64,000 bases of DNA, from positions 1,461,296 to 1,525,295 of the forward strand of contig JBFXEV010000001.1 of the NCBI GenBank assembly GCA_050179755.1, read 5' to 3'. The notes beneath the pieces were generated by a model that saw nothing but the letters and a program-made list of their open reading frames with translations, had not been told where the DNA came from and searched no databases. This DNA is from Candidatus Babeliales bacterium. GTDB taxonomy: Bacteria > Babelota > Babeliae > Babelales > JBFXEV01. The position numbers and the translations under genes are program-made. This document shows, piece after piece, positions 27,468-37,793 of the stretch; positions within the stretch are counted from its first letter, which is position 1; each line of letters begins with the position of its first letter.

Positions 27468-30400
27468 TTATTGCGCTCTACGTAATTTATTTTGTAAAAG
27501 AGTAAGCACCTGTTGTTGTCTCTTTATTATGTTTTTATCTTCTTCTGAACAAGAACTTACTTGCAACGCTTCTAAAGCCGTATTGGTAGTCTGTACTATA
27601 GAATACAATAAATTAGAAATATTTGCTTCTTTAGAATTTTTAGCAACATTTGCGCATATAAAAACAAGCTTGGTGGCCATATGAGCTCGTACTGCTAAAG
27701 TTTGGCCATATTGACCGTTCAGCCAATAGATAACTTGATCTTGCGCTACTTTCATTATTCTTTCTTTACACACTAAATCATCGACTGCTTGAACATTTTC
27801 TGCAGCTTTTGTTAAAATGGTGACCACATTATCAAAGTTGGCATTTTTTGTTCCTAACCATAATAACGTTAGCTTAACACTAAAATAACTATGATACGCA
27901 AGAGCTCGTTTCATCACATCAATATCCTCACTCTGCATTATTACTACGTGCAGTAATGCAAGCATTTTTTCAAGTTGTTCAAGTGAAGGTTGCTTCATAT
28001 TATTTGCTAATGGAACAACCTCTCCTGCACCCGCTGCTTGTATTAGATTGACAATTGTTTGTACGCGATCGACTTCTTGCCGAACGAATAATCTATCAAA
28101 AGCGTCAAACGCTCTTTGGCAATGTTCTACCACTTCAGTAAGCTGCAAGAAACCTTGTTGATCCAACAATGCTCGTGCTTTATATGATTCATGTATACAT
28201 TCCATATCCGCGCCTTTATAAGTGGCAATTTCTTGGGATAATTGAGCATAGTGTTTATCTGCAAATAACACAGAAAGCAATAATCTATGCGCTTCCTCTG
28301 AACTATCTTTAATACGTTCCAGCAGCTCCAGACCGCGTTCTCGCAACTTTTTTGAAAGTTTATTTTTAAAAGTACGGTTTGTACTGTAATTAATGTACAT
28401 TCGTGCAACTTCTAAAATCTCCTCAACTGTTGCTTGCTCACGCAGAACATACTGCGTTACTTCATGAAAAATTTCTTGTGACTTATCTTGAAGCACAAGT
28501 ATATCAATATACATGCAATGAATTGCAGGCTCAGTATCTTTATATGATTTAATCAGATCTCTTGCCTTTGCAAGCAATAAGTTTCTCTCATGGCCCATCA
28601 CTGCCCGAGCCTGAGCCATATAAATATTTGCAAGTTTTGCGCGATTATTTGGGAAATCTTTAGAATCATCTATAATCAATTTTTGCAAGTAATCAACTGC
28701 CTTTGCAAGATCTTCTTTCATAAGATGAATTTTAAAACCAGCATAACAGTCTGCCATAAACTGCAATGAAGGGCGATGCTTGCCTGAACGTGATAATTGC
28801 TCCATCAAAGCAACCCCCTCTTGCCGCAATGCACTTTGCCCACTATCCATAAGAACCCGAGCAAATTCATATTTCACATCAATAGTAGGATTCAATTCCA
28901 ACGCTCGTTTATAAAGCAATCGTACTTGTTCCATGTTTACTTCTTTATCAAGAGCGCGGGCTTGCGTTACTTTAACCAATGCAAGTTGTTTTTGGCGCTC
29001 AGCAGTTTTGCCGCCCTGTTCTTGCAATGCTCTTGTTAATAAGGGATCCGCTTCAATCGTTAGATCTAAAAAATCTTGATTCATCCCTGCCTCTCTATAG
29101 CAACAACCCACCATTAAAAGATGTTCTCCTGATTGAGCAGTTCGAGCAGCTTTTAATATGGTAGGAAAGAGTGCCCTATATTTCCCGTGATGCAAATTTT
29201 TTAAATGCATATCTTTGGTGCTACGCAATGCCTGATCCACTAGTGAAAATAATTTGCATACATAATCAGCATTTTGCTGCGTAAGATGTTCTTGTTGCAC
29301 CCAATGTTCAATTACTCCAAGCAAAGCATCCAAATAAATAATACGATGCTGCTCTGGCAAACTATCTATAGCTATTTCTTTAAGCAACAAATCATCTTTA
29401 ACCGGATCATCAAACGCATCATTACCAGCTTGCACAGGATATAAAATAAATTGTAAAGCCTTCTTTTGATGTGCTAATGCGGTTCTTTCTTTAAGCAAAA
29501 ATCCACGGCCAAGATGAGCCCTTAATCCAAATACGTTGATCAATACATTTTGAATGCTTATATCTTTCCTAAAACGCTCCATATAGCGCAAAACGCCAGA
29601 CGTATTAAGAAATTCTAAATAGAAAGTATCAATCGTATGCTTATTACTCACAAAATATTTTTCGAGACTATGCACTGTACCTGCCAATGCAGCAATGTAT
29701 TTTTTATACTCGTCATCGTTATATACTTCAATTTCAAAAGCAGCTTCTTTACCACATGCAAGAGCATGTTGATACATAACAACACCATTAGATGAATGAA
29801 CTTTACTCATATCTTGTGAAAGTACGTGTAAATTCCACTCAAGTGCACTTAGCTTAAAACAACCTGCAAGTCTATACAAAGAATTAGGAGGAGCATTTCT
29901 AAATTTTTCTAAAGCCATAGTATAAAACACAAATGCAAGATCAGGTTCAATTTCTCGTAGTTCGTCTCCAACTCGTTCTGCCGCAAATGGATTGCCCAAT
30001 CGTGCCGCGTGTTTAAGACACTCTAGCCCTTCAAAGTATAATTCATCATCTTCCTCTACTATTAATTTTTTACCCTTCAAATACAGATCTTGCACCTTTT
30101 GATAATCAACTTGTACTGCAACTGATTGATCAGCAGCTGCTTCCATTTCTAGGGCACTTGAAACTAAAACGCTCTCTTGATCAGCCAGGCACGGGCCAAG
30201 AAGCACCTGCGCTTGAATATCTTCTTGAGACCTCTGTTTAGGCTCATATGCTGCTAAGTTTTTTTGAATCTCTTCAAACAATGCTTTGCTTGGTTCATAT
30301 GATCCTACAACAGATTTTTCAGCGTAAGCAAGAGCTCGTTTTAATTCATGAGAAGGATCTGCAGCATTCTCTTCTTGATCACTAATTGCTAAAAAGAAAT

Positions 30401-31079
30401 GATGTTTTGCCAGAACATACTGCGCATGCGCATTATTATTTGCCTGCGCAAGCCGTTCTATATCATCTAAAATCTCACTATTTTCATTAAATACCAGGGA
30501 ATGCTCTCTATAGTTTTTTTCCTTTTGATCAGTTTCTTTAAGTGTAATGAGATCCTCAAAGCGTTCAAGCCCTTGATCAACATTGGACAATAAGGGACTG
30601 TTAATTAATTGCTTCACCAGATAAAATTTAGAAAGTGGATGATCCTTTTCGTCAGCAAGAATCCTTACACGGCCAATTGCTTCTTGCCGCATTCTTAGTA
30701 AAAGAGGGGTGTCTCTAGGACCTTTTATAACGTCATCAAGATATTTAAAAACGAGATCTGACTCTTTCAATGCAATGTCTGCCTGTAAACCCATAATAAA
30801 AGCTTTAAATGAAGCAAGTTCTGCAGTAGAACCATTTGGATTATCATTAAGTGCTCGTTTTGTTGCTCGCAAAGCAATTTTTAAATGCTTATCTAAGGCC
30901 GGACCTGTTGTAATTAAAACATTTTCTAAAGCCGAGCGCGCCGTCAGTAGATCTTTGCTCGGACTATGAGAATTAGGCACAACAAGCGCCTTACTTTTTT
31001 TCATACCATGTACTGGCAGCGTACACATCAAACATAACAAAGCTGGATAGAGCGATCTCATCATGAACCTTACTGGCAT
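27468..31079 (-). CDS. Large secreted Sel1-like/TPR helical-repeat protein (1203 aa)
   Basis: Signal ...LPVHG|MKK; SLR-like segments (NNAHAQYVLAKH, AARLGNPFAA, EDLAKAVDYL); start overlaps or abuts the sufD stop. Confidence 0.68.
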   Translation of the reverse strand: MPVRFMMRSLYPALLCLMCTLPVHGMKKSKALVVPNSHSPSKDLLTARSALENVLITTGPALDKHLKIALRATKRALNDNPNGSTAELASFKAFIMGLQADIALKESDLVFKYLDDVIKGPRDTPLLLRMRQEAIGRVRILADEKDHPLSKFYLVKQLINSPLLSNVDQGLERFEDLITLKETDQKEKNYREHSLVFNENSEILDDIERLAQANNNAHAQYVLAKHHFFLAISDQEENAADPSHELKRALAYAEKSVVGSYEPSKALFEEIQKNLAAYEPKQRSQEDIQAQVLLGPCLADQESVLVSSALEMEAAADQSVAVQVDYQKVQDLYLKGKKLIVEEDDELYFEGLECLKHAARLGNPFAAERVGDELREIEPDLAFVFYTMALEKFRNAPPNSLYRLAGCFKLSALEWNLHVLSQDMSKVHSSNGVVMYQHALACGKEAAFEIEVYNDDEYKKYIAALAGTVHSLEKYFVSNKHTIDTFYLEFLNTSGVLRYMERFRKDISIQNVLINVFGLRAHLGRGFLLKERTALAHQKKALQFILYPVQAGNDAFDDPVKDDLLLKEIAIDSLPEQHRIIYLDALLGVIEHWVQQEHLTQQNADYVCKLFSLVDQALRSTKDMHLKNLHHGKYRALFPTILKAARTAQSGEHLLMVGCCYREAGMNQDFLDLTIEADPLLTRALQEQGGKTAERQKQLALVKVTQARALDKEVNMEQVRLLYKRALELNPTIDVKYEFARVLMDSGQSALRQEGVALMEQLSRSGKHRPSLQFMADCYAGFKIHLMKEDLAKAVDYLQKLIIDDSKDFPNNRAKLANIYMAQARAVMGHERNLLLAKARDLIKSYKDTEPAIHCMYIDILVLQDKSQEIFHEVTQYVLREQATVEEILEVARMYINYSTNRTFKNKLSKKLRERGLELLERIKDSSEEAHRLLLSVLFADKHYAQLSQEIATYKGADMECIHESYKARALLDQQGFLQLTEVVEHCQRAFDAFDRLFVRQEVDRVQTIVNLIQAAGAGEVVPLANNMKQPSLEQLEKMLALLHVVIMQSEDIDVMKRALAYHSYFSVKLTLLWLGTKNANFDNVVTILTKAAENVQAVDDLVCKERIMKVAQDQVIYWLNGQYGQTLAVRAHMATKLVFICANVAKNSKEANISNLLYSIVQTTNTALEALQVSSCSEEDKNIIKRQQQVLTLLQNKLRRAQ

Positions 31080-31759
31080 ATTAGTAATTCATGCGTAATA
31101 CGCGCAAACTGTTCTTGAGTCAAATTAAATTCATCACTAAAAAAACCCCTGATTAATAATTCTTTTGCTTTTTGTTCGTCTATACCGCGTGATTTCAGAT
31201 ACACTACTTGATCGTCGTTAAAACTACTGGTGGCTGTACCATGTTTACATTGCACTGAATTAGTATGCACTTCTAAGCTTGGCATAGCTACTGCTCGCGC
31301 AGTATGTGAAAGCAATACATTTTTATTATAAAGTGCAGCATCAGTTCCGTGTGCACGTTGAGCAATGTTAATAATGCCATGATAGTTAAATAGCGCTTCG
31401 CCTGCCAAAGCACATTGCACCATGCTATAACTTTTTGTATGCGGAGCTTGATGATCTTGCACAAGAGTAATGTGATGTTGCATGGTACCATTTAGTGCAT
31501 AGCAACCGTGAATAGTTGCTTGTGCCCCTTCCTCTTCTAAAATAACTTCTATACTAATTTCACGCGCGCACGGACCTATTGCAATAAACGTGAGTTTGAG
31601 ATTACCATCTCGTTTACACACAAAACGATATCTAGAAGAAGTATGCGCGCGAGCGGAATCTAACGTAAGCACATAGTCAAGGCGCTCACAATCACGCACA
31701 ATTATTTCTACCAATGGAACTTCCAAAAGGGAAGGCTCTAATTCGGTTGCGTTATCCAA
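31070..31759 (-). CDS. sufD: Fe-S assembly protein SufD (short form)
   Basis: [15 protein letters not shown] and YLKSRGI...LLIRGF; likely TTG start at 31759 with GGAG (ORF to 31783). Confidence 0.85.
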   Translation of the reverse strand: MDNATELEPSLLEVPLVEIIVRDCERLDYVLTLDSARAHTSSRYRFVCKRDGNLKLTFIAIGPCAREISIEVILEEEGAQATIHGCYALNGTMQHHITLVQDHQAPHTKSYSMVQCALAGEALFNYHGIINIAQRAHGTDAALYNKNVLLSHTARAVAMPSLEVHTNSVQCKHGTATSSFNDDQVVYLKSRGIDEQKAKELLIRGFFSDEFNLTQEQFARITHELLICQ

Positions 31760-33107
31760 TTGAATTCTCCATTTCAAGCGCAATCAATCGATTAATCTCT
31801 ACGGCATATTCCATAGGCAAGAATTTAACAAATGCTTCAATAAAACCATTTACAATAAGAGTGCTTGCTTGTGTTTGCGTCAAACCTCGGCTCATTACAT
31901 ACACAAGCTGTTCATCAGAAATTTTGCTTACAGACGCCTCGTGGCCAATATCTACCTGTTCTTCCCGCACATCAACCGTAGGATAGGTATCAGAGCGCGA
32001 ACGATCATCCATTATAAGCGCATCGCATTGCACACGTGCCTTCACGTGATGCGCGCCTTTAATAACTTTTAATAAGCCACGGTAACTAGATCTGCCACCA
32101 TTTTTTGAAATAGATTTTGCAACCACCGTAGAGCTAGTGTGCGGTGCCAAATGAATCATTTTTGCACCAGAATCTTGATGCTGCCCTTTGCCGGCAACAG
32201 CAATAGACGTGACATGCCCTTTGGCGCCACGCTCTTTAAGAATAATAGCAGGATATTTCATAGTAACTTTGCTGCCAAAATTACCATCGATCCATTCAAC
32301 TTTAGCATCCTGATAGGCAACAGCTCGTTTGGTTACTAAATTATATACGTTGGTTGACCAATTTTGTATGGTGGTATAACGCACATGCGCACCTTCAAGT
32401 GCTATAATTTCTACCACTGCGCTATGCAGGGAGCTTGTTCGATACACAGGCGCACTACAGCCTTCTACATAGTGCACAAAGCTACCTTTATCAGCAATAA
32501 TAAGAGTGCGCTCAAATTGCCCCATTTCTTGTTGATTCATTCTAAAGTATGCTTGCAAAGGCAAATCTATATGCACACCTTCAGGTACATATACAAAGCT
32601 TCCTCCACTCCAAACAGCCGAATTTAACGCAGCAAATTTATTATCATGCGCAGGCACCACGCTTGCAAAATATTTTTTAACTAAATCAGGGCAACGCTCT
32701 AAAGCTTGAGTAATATCACAAAATATAACACCCTTTTGCTCCCATTCGTCTTTTAATTTTTTATAGATCAATTCTGATTCAAGTTGTGCGCCAACACCAG
32801 CCAAATAAGCACGCTCGGCTTGCGGAATGCCCAACTTTTCAAACGTATTCTTCATAGAATCAGGCACATCATCCCATGATGTTCTTGTTTCTTGAACCGG
32901 CTTAACATAATAATGAATATCATGATGATTAAGCTCAGATAAATCTGCACCCCACGCTGGCATTGGCATGCTTAAAAATCGTTCAAATGCTTTTGCGCGA
33001 AACTCACGCATCCATAGTGGTTCATTTTTTTGTTCACCAATCAGACTAATCATAGATGCATCCAGGCCTTTACGGCTCTTATATGCATAATTAACCGATT
33101 GCATCAT
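31752..33107 (-). CDS. sufB: Fe-S assembly protein SufB
   Basis: [43 protein letters not shown]; likely start 33107 or 33104. Confidence 0.96.
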   Translation of the reverse strand: MMQSVNYAYKSRKGLDASMISLIGEQKNEPLWMREFRAKAFERFLSMPMPAWGADLSELNHHDIHYYVKPVQETRTSWDDVPDSMKNTFEKLGIPQAERAYLAGVGAQLESELIYKKLKDEWEQKGVIFCDITQALERCPDLVKKYFASVVPAHDNKFAALNSAVWSGGSFVYVPEGVHIDLPLQAYFRMNQQEMGQFERTLIIADKGSFVHYVEGCSAPVYRTSSLHSAVVEIIALEGAHVRYTTIQNWSTNVYNLVTKRAVAYQDAKVEWIDGNFGSKVTMKYPAIILKERGAKGHVTSIAVAGKGQHQDSGAKMIHLAPHTSSTVVAKSISKNGGRSSYRGLLKVIKGAHHVKARVQCDALIMDDRSRSDTYPTVDVREEQVDIGHEASVSKISDEQLVYVMSRGLTQTQASTLIVNGFIEAFVKFLPMEYAVEINRLIALEMENSIG

Positions 33108-33825
33108 AACCCCGTTCTTTAATAATAGAAAGTAATGAAACATTGCCAGCACACACAATCTTGCCTTGTTTTAATATATGCACCACATCAGGCGAGAGAG
33201 TTTCTAAAAATGGCTGATAATGAGTAATACAAATAAGTGCCATTGTGGGATTTTGCTCCCGCACGATATGCAATGCACGCGTTACTACTTTTATAGCATC
33301 AACATCAAGCCCTGAATCTAACTCATCAAGAATAGCTATTTTTGGTTTTAAAACTAAAAGTTGCAACAATTCAAGCTTTTTCTTTTGCCCGCCAGAAAAT
33401 CCATCATGTACATGACGCTCTGCAAATTCATACGGAATTTCAAGAAGATCCATGGCCTCGATGAGTTGTGCATAGAAATCACCAATCGTAGAATCAGAGT
33501 TGCATAGTGCACGATACGCTTCATGTAAAAACTGCAAAACGGTAACACCTTGAACAAGCATAGGATGCTGAAATGCCAAGAAAAGGCCCAATCTTGCTCG
33601 TTTTTCAACTGAAAGATCTAAAATGTTCTGATTATTAATAACAACGCTGCCCTTTATTGCCTGATACTGTGGATGGCCAATAAGTGTAAGGGCAAGAGAA
33701 CTTTTGCCCGATCCGTTAGGGCCCAGAAGCGCATGTACGGTGCCCGGCTGCACTACAAGATTAATATCTTCTAACACTAGCTTTTCTTGTATCGTGACAG
33801 AAAGCGAACTAATTTCCATATTCAA
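33091..33825 (-). CDS. sufC: Fe-S assembly ATPase SufC
   Basis: [41 protein letters not shown]. Confidence 0.94.
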   Translation of the reverse strand: MNMEISSLSVTIQEKLVLEDINLVVQPGTVHALLGPNGSGKSSLALTLIGHPQYQAIKGSVVINNQNILDLSVEKRARLGLFLAFQHPMLVQGVTVLQFLHEAYRALCNSDSTIGDFYAQLIEAMDLLEIPYEFAERHVHDGFSGGQKKKLELLQLLVLKPKIAILDELDSGLDVDAIKVVTRALHIVREQNPTMALICITHYQPFLETLSPDVVHILKQGKIVCAGNVSLLSIIKERGYDAIG

Positions 33826-33933
33826 AAGTTCCTTGAGTGTTATACTATACTTATTACATTGCTACCTAGCGTAGCAGAAATGGCGCAAAGCCGCTACTAG
33901 AAGCACATGGAGCAATACCAAAGGAGTATAGCT

Positions 33934-34725
33934 ATGAACAAAAAATCTCTGTATCTTTCCTCATTTTTTTTATTTTGCGTGGGAACTTTTACTACCACGC
34001 AAGCACGAGCGGCCAAACTAATATGCCTTAATGATCGCGCAGTGCAGCCTACTACCGTTTTTTTATTTGCACATGGTATCACCCGGAGCTCAGACACGGC
34101 AATAAAACAAGCTCAAACATATATTGAGAGCAATATTATCATGAACACTTGTTACACATTTGACTTTGGTGATGGGCTCAGAACCATTAACTTGGGTCAA
34201 GAGCCAGACTGCGCCTTATTTGCAAGCGCCTATGCTCAAGTACTTGAAAAACATCATGATGCACACATTATACTTATTGGTCTTTCAAGAGGTGCCGTGA
34301 CCATTTTAAATACCATGGCATTACACCCTGAGCTTGATTGGCAACGAACAAAAGGAGTTATTCTTGAATCGCCCTACGCCAATGTGAGTGCCATGGCAGA
34401 ACAAATTGCAAGTTCTTATATGTTCTTTGTGCCATTTAAAGCAACTATTATGCGCAAATTAATTGATTGGTTACCTTCATATAAACCAGATGGCATACAG
34501 CCTATTGAAATGATTTCAAAAATTAAAGTAGATGTTCCGTTCTTAATTGCATATTCAGAAGCTGATAAAACGGTGCCTGCTGCCGGCACGCGCATGCTTA
34601 TTGATAAGTTGCAATCTGCCGGTCATCGAGTCACAAGTTGGTCTTGCCAAAAAGGTAAGCATAGCACGTTAGGATCGAATGCAGCGTTTTCACAGGCTGC
34701 ACGAGAATTTTTAAGTAAGCAGTAA
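33934..34725 (+). CDS. Secreted alpha/beta hydrolase
   Basis: Signal peptide; FAHG oxyanion segment, GLSRG nucleophile, DKTVP Asp, GKHS His; AAGGAG RBS before 33934. Confidence 0.8.
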   Translation: MNKKSLYLSSFFLFCVGTFTTTQARAAKLICLNDRAVQPTTVFLFAHGITRSSDTAIKQAQTYIESNIIMNTCYTFDFGDGLRTINLGQEPDCALFASAYAQVLEKHHDAHIILIGLSRGAVTILNTMALHPELDWQRTKGVILESPYANVSAMAEQIASSYMFFVPFKATIMRKLIDWLPSYKPDGIQPIEMISKIKVDVPFLIAYSEADKTVPAAGTRMLIDKLQSAGHRVTSWSCQKGKHSTLGSNAAFSQAAREFLSKQ

Positions 34726-34777
34726 GATATTCCAAAACAACCTATGTTTTAGTTGAATTATTATGATTATTCAATTC

Positions 34778-35062
34778 TTAACCACCAGTACAAAGATTAT
34801 ATGTATCAGGAAATCCTTGCTGTTTCTTGCTAAATCTTTTTAAATGAGCCTCTATCATTAAGGGTTCATTTATGCGTTCAAAAAAAAATGTATCCGTTTT
34901 TTCAGGATCAAATTTTATTTTTTGTTCAATTTTATCAAATATGCAAAGTGCTTTTACTAACTTTTTTGTAACTCCTGTAGTTATTTTTTCATATGATTTT
35001 GTTTCTATCAAGTAGTTTACAGTTGTTGCATCCTCAAATACTTTATAAAAATCTATATTCAT
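34778..35062 (-). CDS. Putative immunity protein, copy 3 (94 aa)
   Basis: Start MNIDFY at 35062 (AAAGGA upstream); VKALCIFDK...FD.EKTD.FF...EPLMIEAHLK...GFP.Y...TGG shared with the two neighbours. Confidence 0.6.
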   Translation of the reverse strand: MNIDFYKVFEDATTVNYLIETKSYEKITTGVTKKLVKALCIFDKIEQKIKFDPEKTDTFFFERINEPLMIEAHLKRFSKKQQGFPDTYNLCTGG

Positions 35063-35069
35063 TAATTTT

Positions 35070-35125
35070 CCTTTCCATAATCTATCCCATGCAACGGCAA
35101 TTTCAACATCAGCAGGAAGGCGTCC
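35070..35125 (-). pseudogene. Orphan fragment of a toxin-like C-terminal domain
   Basis: Encodes GRLPADVEIAVAWDRLWKG, matching SRFDPNIEIAAAWNRLYKG of 35800..37602. Confidence 0.6.
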
Positions 35126-35212
35126 GTTTGTCGTCAAAAATTGAAAACATAATACACTAGGGTAAATTGTAGGCTTTTTTATAGCCAACACCCAAATTTT
35201 TGAGATAAAACA

Positions 35213-35500
35213 TTATCCCCCAGTAGCAATATGATACTCCTCTGGAAATCCATTTTGCTTTTTATCAATTTTTTTCAAATGAGCTTCTATCATTAAAGGT
35301 TCCCAAGAACGATCAACAAAAAAAGAATCTGTTTGTTCAGAATCAAAAGATATGGTTTTTGTATTTTTATCAAATATACAAAGTCCTTTAACTTTTACCC
35401 ATTTTATTTCCGGCATAAAACTTTGATCCCAATAATCTGTCTCAACCCAGTAGCACACCCTTGCTTCATCTTCTGAGGCTATATGTAAATCCAAAAACAT
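35213..35500 (-). CDS. Putative immunity protein, copy 2 (95 aa)
   Basis: VKGLCIFDK...FDSEQTDSFF...WEPLMIEAHLKK...GFPEEYHIATGG. Confidence 0.62.
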   Translation of the reverse strand: MFLDLHIASEDEARVCYWVETDYWDQSFMPEIKWVKVKGLCIFDKNTKTISFDSEQTDSFFVDRSWEPLMIEAHLKKIDKKQNGFPEEYHIATGG

Positions 35501-35515
35501 AATATTACTTTCAAA

Positions 35516-35800
35516 TTACCCACCTGTTACTATATCATACATATCTGGAAAAGGCTCTCCAATTCTATTGAGCTTTTTTAAATGGTGCAATATATATATC
35601 GGTTCCCATTGGCAATTAAAATAATAAGCATCAGTCTTTTCATTATCGAAAGTTATAGTTTCCAATTTCTTATCAAATATGCACAGGGCTTTTACAACTG
35701 TCTTTATAATCTTTGTTGGAGTTTCCTCATATATAGTACTTTCTATCCTATAACTAACAGATTCAGCATCTTCAGATATCTTATCAAGTTTTAAATACAT
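35516..35800 (-). CDS. Putative immunity protein, copy 1 (94 aa, probably cognate)
   Basis: Start overlaps the stop of the upstream toxin-like gene (TAATG); same family motifs, ends IVTGG. Confidence 0.65.
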   Translation of the reverse strand: MYLKLDKISEDAESVSYRIESTIYEETPTKIIKTVVKALCIFDKKLETITFDNEKTDAYYFNCQWEPIYILHHLKKLNRIGEPFPDMYDIVTGG

Positions 35801-37602
35801 TATTTCTCCAAAAATTTAGGTTCGTTCCAGTACCATCTTGTTTGAATTCTATCATGAGCTGTATCATAGTTGGTTTTAAAAATTTTTTCATATTTGGATT
35901 CTGCATATTCATGTTGCAATAATTGAATATCATTTTTTATGTAATCACCCTTATACAGCCTATTCCACGCTGCTGCGATTTCTATGTTAGGATCAAATCG
36001 AGAAATTTTTGTGCGTAAGACATGCATGTCTTTAAATAGATGATCTTTTATAGTTTGAATTTTCGATAAAGACATCCCTGTATTTTTAGATATTTTTTCA
36101 ACATCATCTAGTAGCCCCTGTATTCTGACATACTCTTTCTCAGCCCATTCAAAAGCTTTATAATCATCCAATGGCCTTACAATTCTACACTTTTCTCCAG
36201 TGCCCTTTACTACTTTATAAATATCTTTTGGCTCTGGTTTAAACATTTTTACAAACTCTTTATCTTCTTTTTTTTGCCGTCCCTTCACTTTACATGCTCT
36301 TCTATCAGCTGCTCGTTGCATGCGATTTGTCTTAACATCTTTAAGTGTAGACACGGACACAGAATTATTGTTAAGTATGACTTTATCAATTGTATGTGTG
36401 CCCGCACCAACAAGTTTAATTGCGTATTTATCAACTTTACCATTAAAATACATACTTGCTGCAATTGAGCTTGCTGCCCTCAAACAACCATGCACCGTGA
36501 CATTTGCCATTGCTGCTTCAAGTTCTTTTTGCTTCTCTTCAAATTTTTCGTTATTCCCTGCTAATTTTGCAACCCCAGCTGCTGCATAATCCAAGACAAC
36601 CAATCCAACATTAAGCGCAAACTTAGCAGTATAATATTTACCCATAACTACTGGAAACAACCCAAACAAAACCATCTCAGTTTTATGATTTAGAGCATAT
36701 TCAGCTACATTAATTGCAGCATCTTGAATACCTTCAAGCACTGCTTGCCCACAATCCATTAGTCCCCAACAAAAATCAGCAATATGAACCGTGGCAATAA
36801 TATCACCAATTTTATTAAATTGAGCGCCGCGTGCTGCCATACTTACAATGTAATTTGTAGAAGATCGATATTCTTTGATATAGGCAGAATGTTTCAATAG
36901 CTTCGATGTTTGCTCAAGAATATCTATAAGTTCAATATGCAATTGATGCTGCAGTGGATTATACAAACCATTGCGAAATAATTGTGTATCTACTTTATTG
37001 GAATATAATAATGCATCTACATCATGAGATAATTGATACTTACGCTCTATAAAAAAAGATGCATTATCTTTGGTTGATTCATATGCCAGCTTACGCGCAT
37101 TATAACGCGCATAAGCGTCGTTTTGAGATCCCTTCAAGAACAACTCAACTTCTTCCTGCCAAAGATCAAATTGATCTGCCAAGGCAAGAGTATCAGGCCA
37201 TATTTCTTTAAATGTATCTAACTGCTTATTTGCTGAACTTATATTATCAATTATCTCAGGAATGTGCACCCTACTAGTTGCATTTTCATTTGATCTGCGT
37301 TCATCCGGATAATACGCTGCAGACTCCGACGCATGCCCGCGTGGATCTCTGTCAATATTATCATATGGATCATAGTAAGAAGAAGATTCCCAAGAAGGTC
37401 TTATTGAATGTGAAGAATGTTCTCGAGAAGTATCTACAGAAGATGGCTCAGATGGTACATCCCGCTCAAAATAAGATATCGGAGGACTAAAATATTCTGG
37501 CAATAATCTATTGAGTTCACATCTTATAGTGGAACATACAAACAATGCAAAAAATGCAAAAATAGATGCAACCGCAACACCCAATGCTTTAACATACTGC
37601 AT
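35800..37602 (-). CDS. Secreted polymorphic-toxin-like protein (600 aa)
   Basis: Signal peptide, helical core, hydrophobic/Gly-Ala segment, then C-terminal domain DVEKISKNTG...IKDHLF...RFDP...AWNRL...LLQHEYAE...YDTAH; followed by small coupled ORFs; AAGGAG RBS. Confidence 0.65.
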   Translation of the reverse strand: MQYVKALGVAVASIFAFFALFVCSTIRCELNRLLPEYFSPPISYFERDVPSEPSSVDTSREHSSHSIRPSWESSSYYDPYDNIDRDPRGHASESAAYYPDERRSNENATSRVHIPEIIDNISSANKQLDTFKEIWPDTLALADQFDLWQEEVELFLKGSQNDAYARYNARKLAYESTKDNASFFIERKYQLSHDVDALLYSNKVDTQLFRNGLYNPLQHQLHIELIDILEQTSKLLKHSAYIKEYRSSTNYIVSMAARGAQFNKIGDIIATVHIADFCWGLMDCGQAVLEGIQDAAINVAEYALNHKTEMVLFGLFPVVMGKYYTAKFALNVGLVVLDYAAAGVAKLAGNNEKFEEKQKELEAAMANVTVHGCLRAASSIAASMYFNGKVDKYAIKLVGAGTHTIDKVILNNNSVSVSTLKDVKTNRMQRAADRRACKVKGRQKKEDKEFVKMFKPEPKDIYKVVKGTGEKCRIVRPLDDYKAFEWAEKEYVRIQGLLDDVEKISKNTGMSLSKIQTIKDHLFKDMHVLRTKISRFDPNIEIAAAWNRLYKGDYIKNDIQLLQHEYAESKYEKIFKTNYDTAHDRIQTRWYWNEPKFLEK

Positions 37603-37793
37603 AGTCGCTCCTTATCGCTTATTGCAAATAAGTTATACTACATTTACATTAAAAAGCAAAAAAACATAAAGTATGATACATGAGACGCAAATTTTTAATA
37701 TCCATTGTTTGACAGCCTGAAAAAAGATATTCAAAATATAGGTGAATGCTCATCTAGAAGCATATATCATACTACTGTTGATTGGAAACTCTT

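Noticed and set aside
35063..35191. N-terminal extension making a 137-aa protein
   Set aside because: The paralogs are 94-95 aa and align from MNIDFY; the extension is better explained as a toxin remnant plus spacer.
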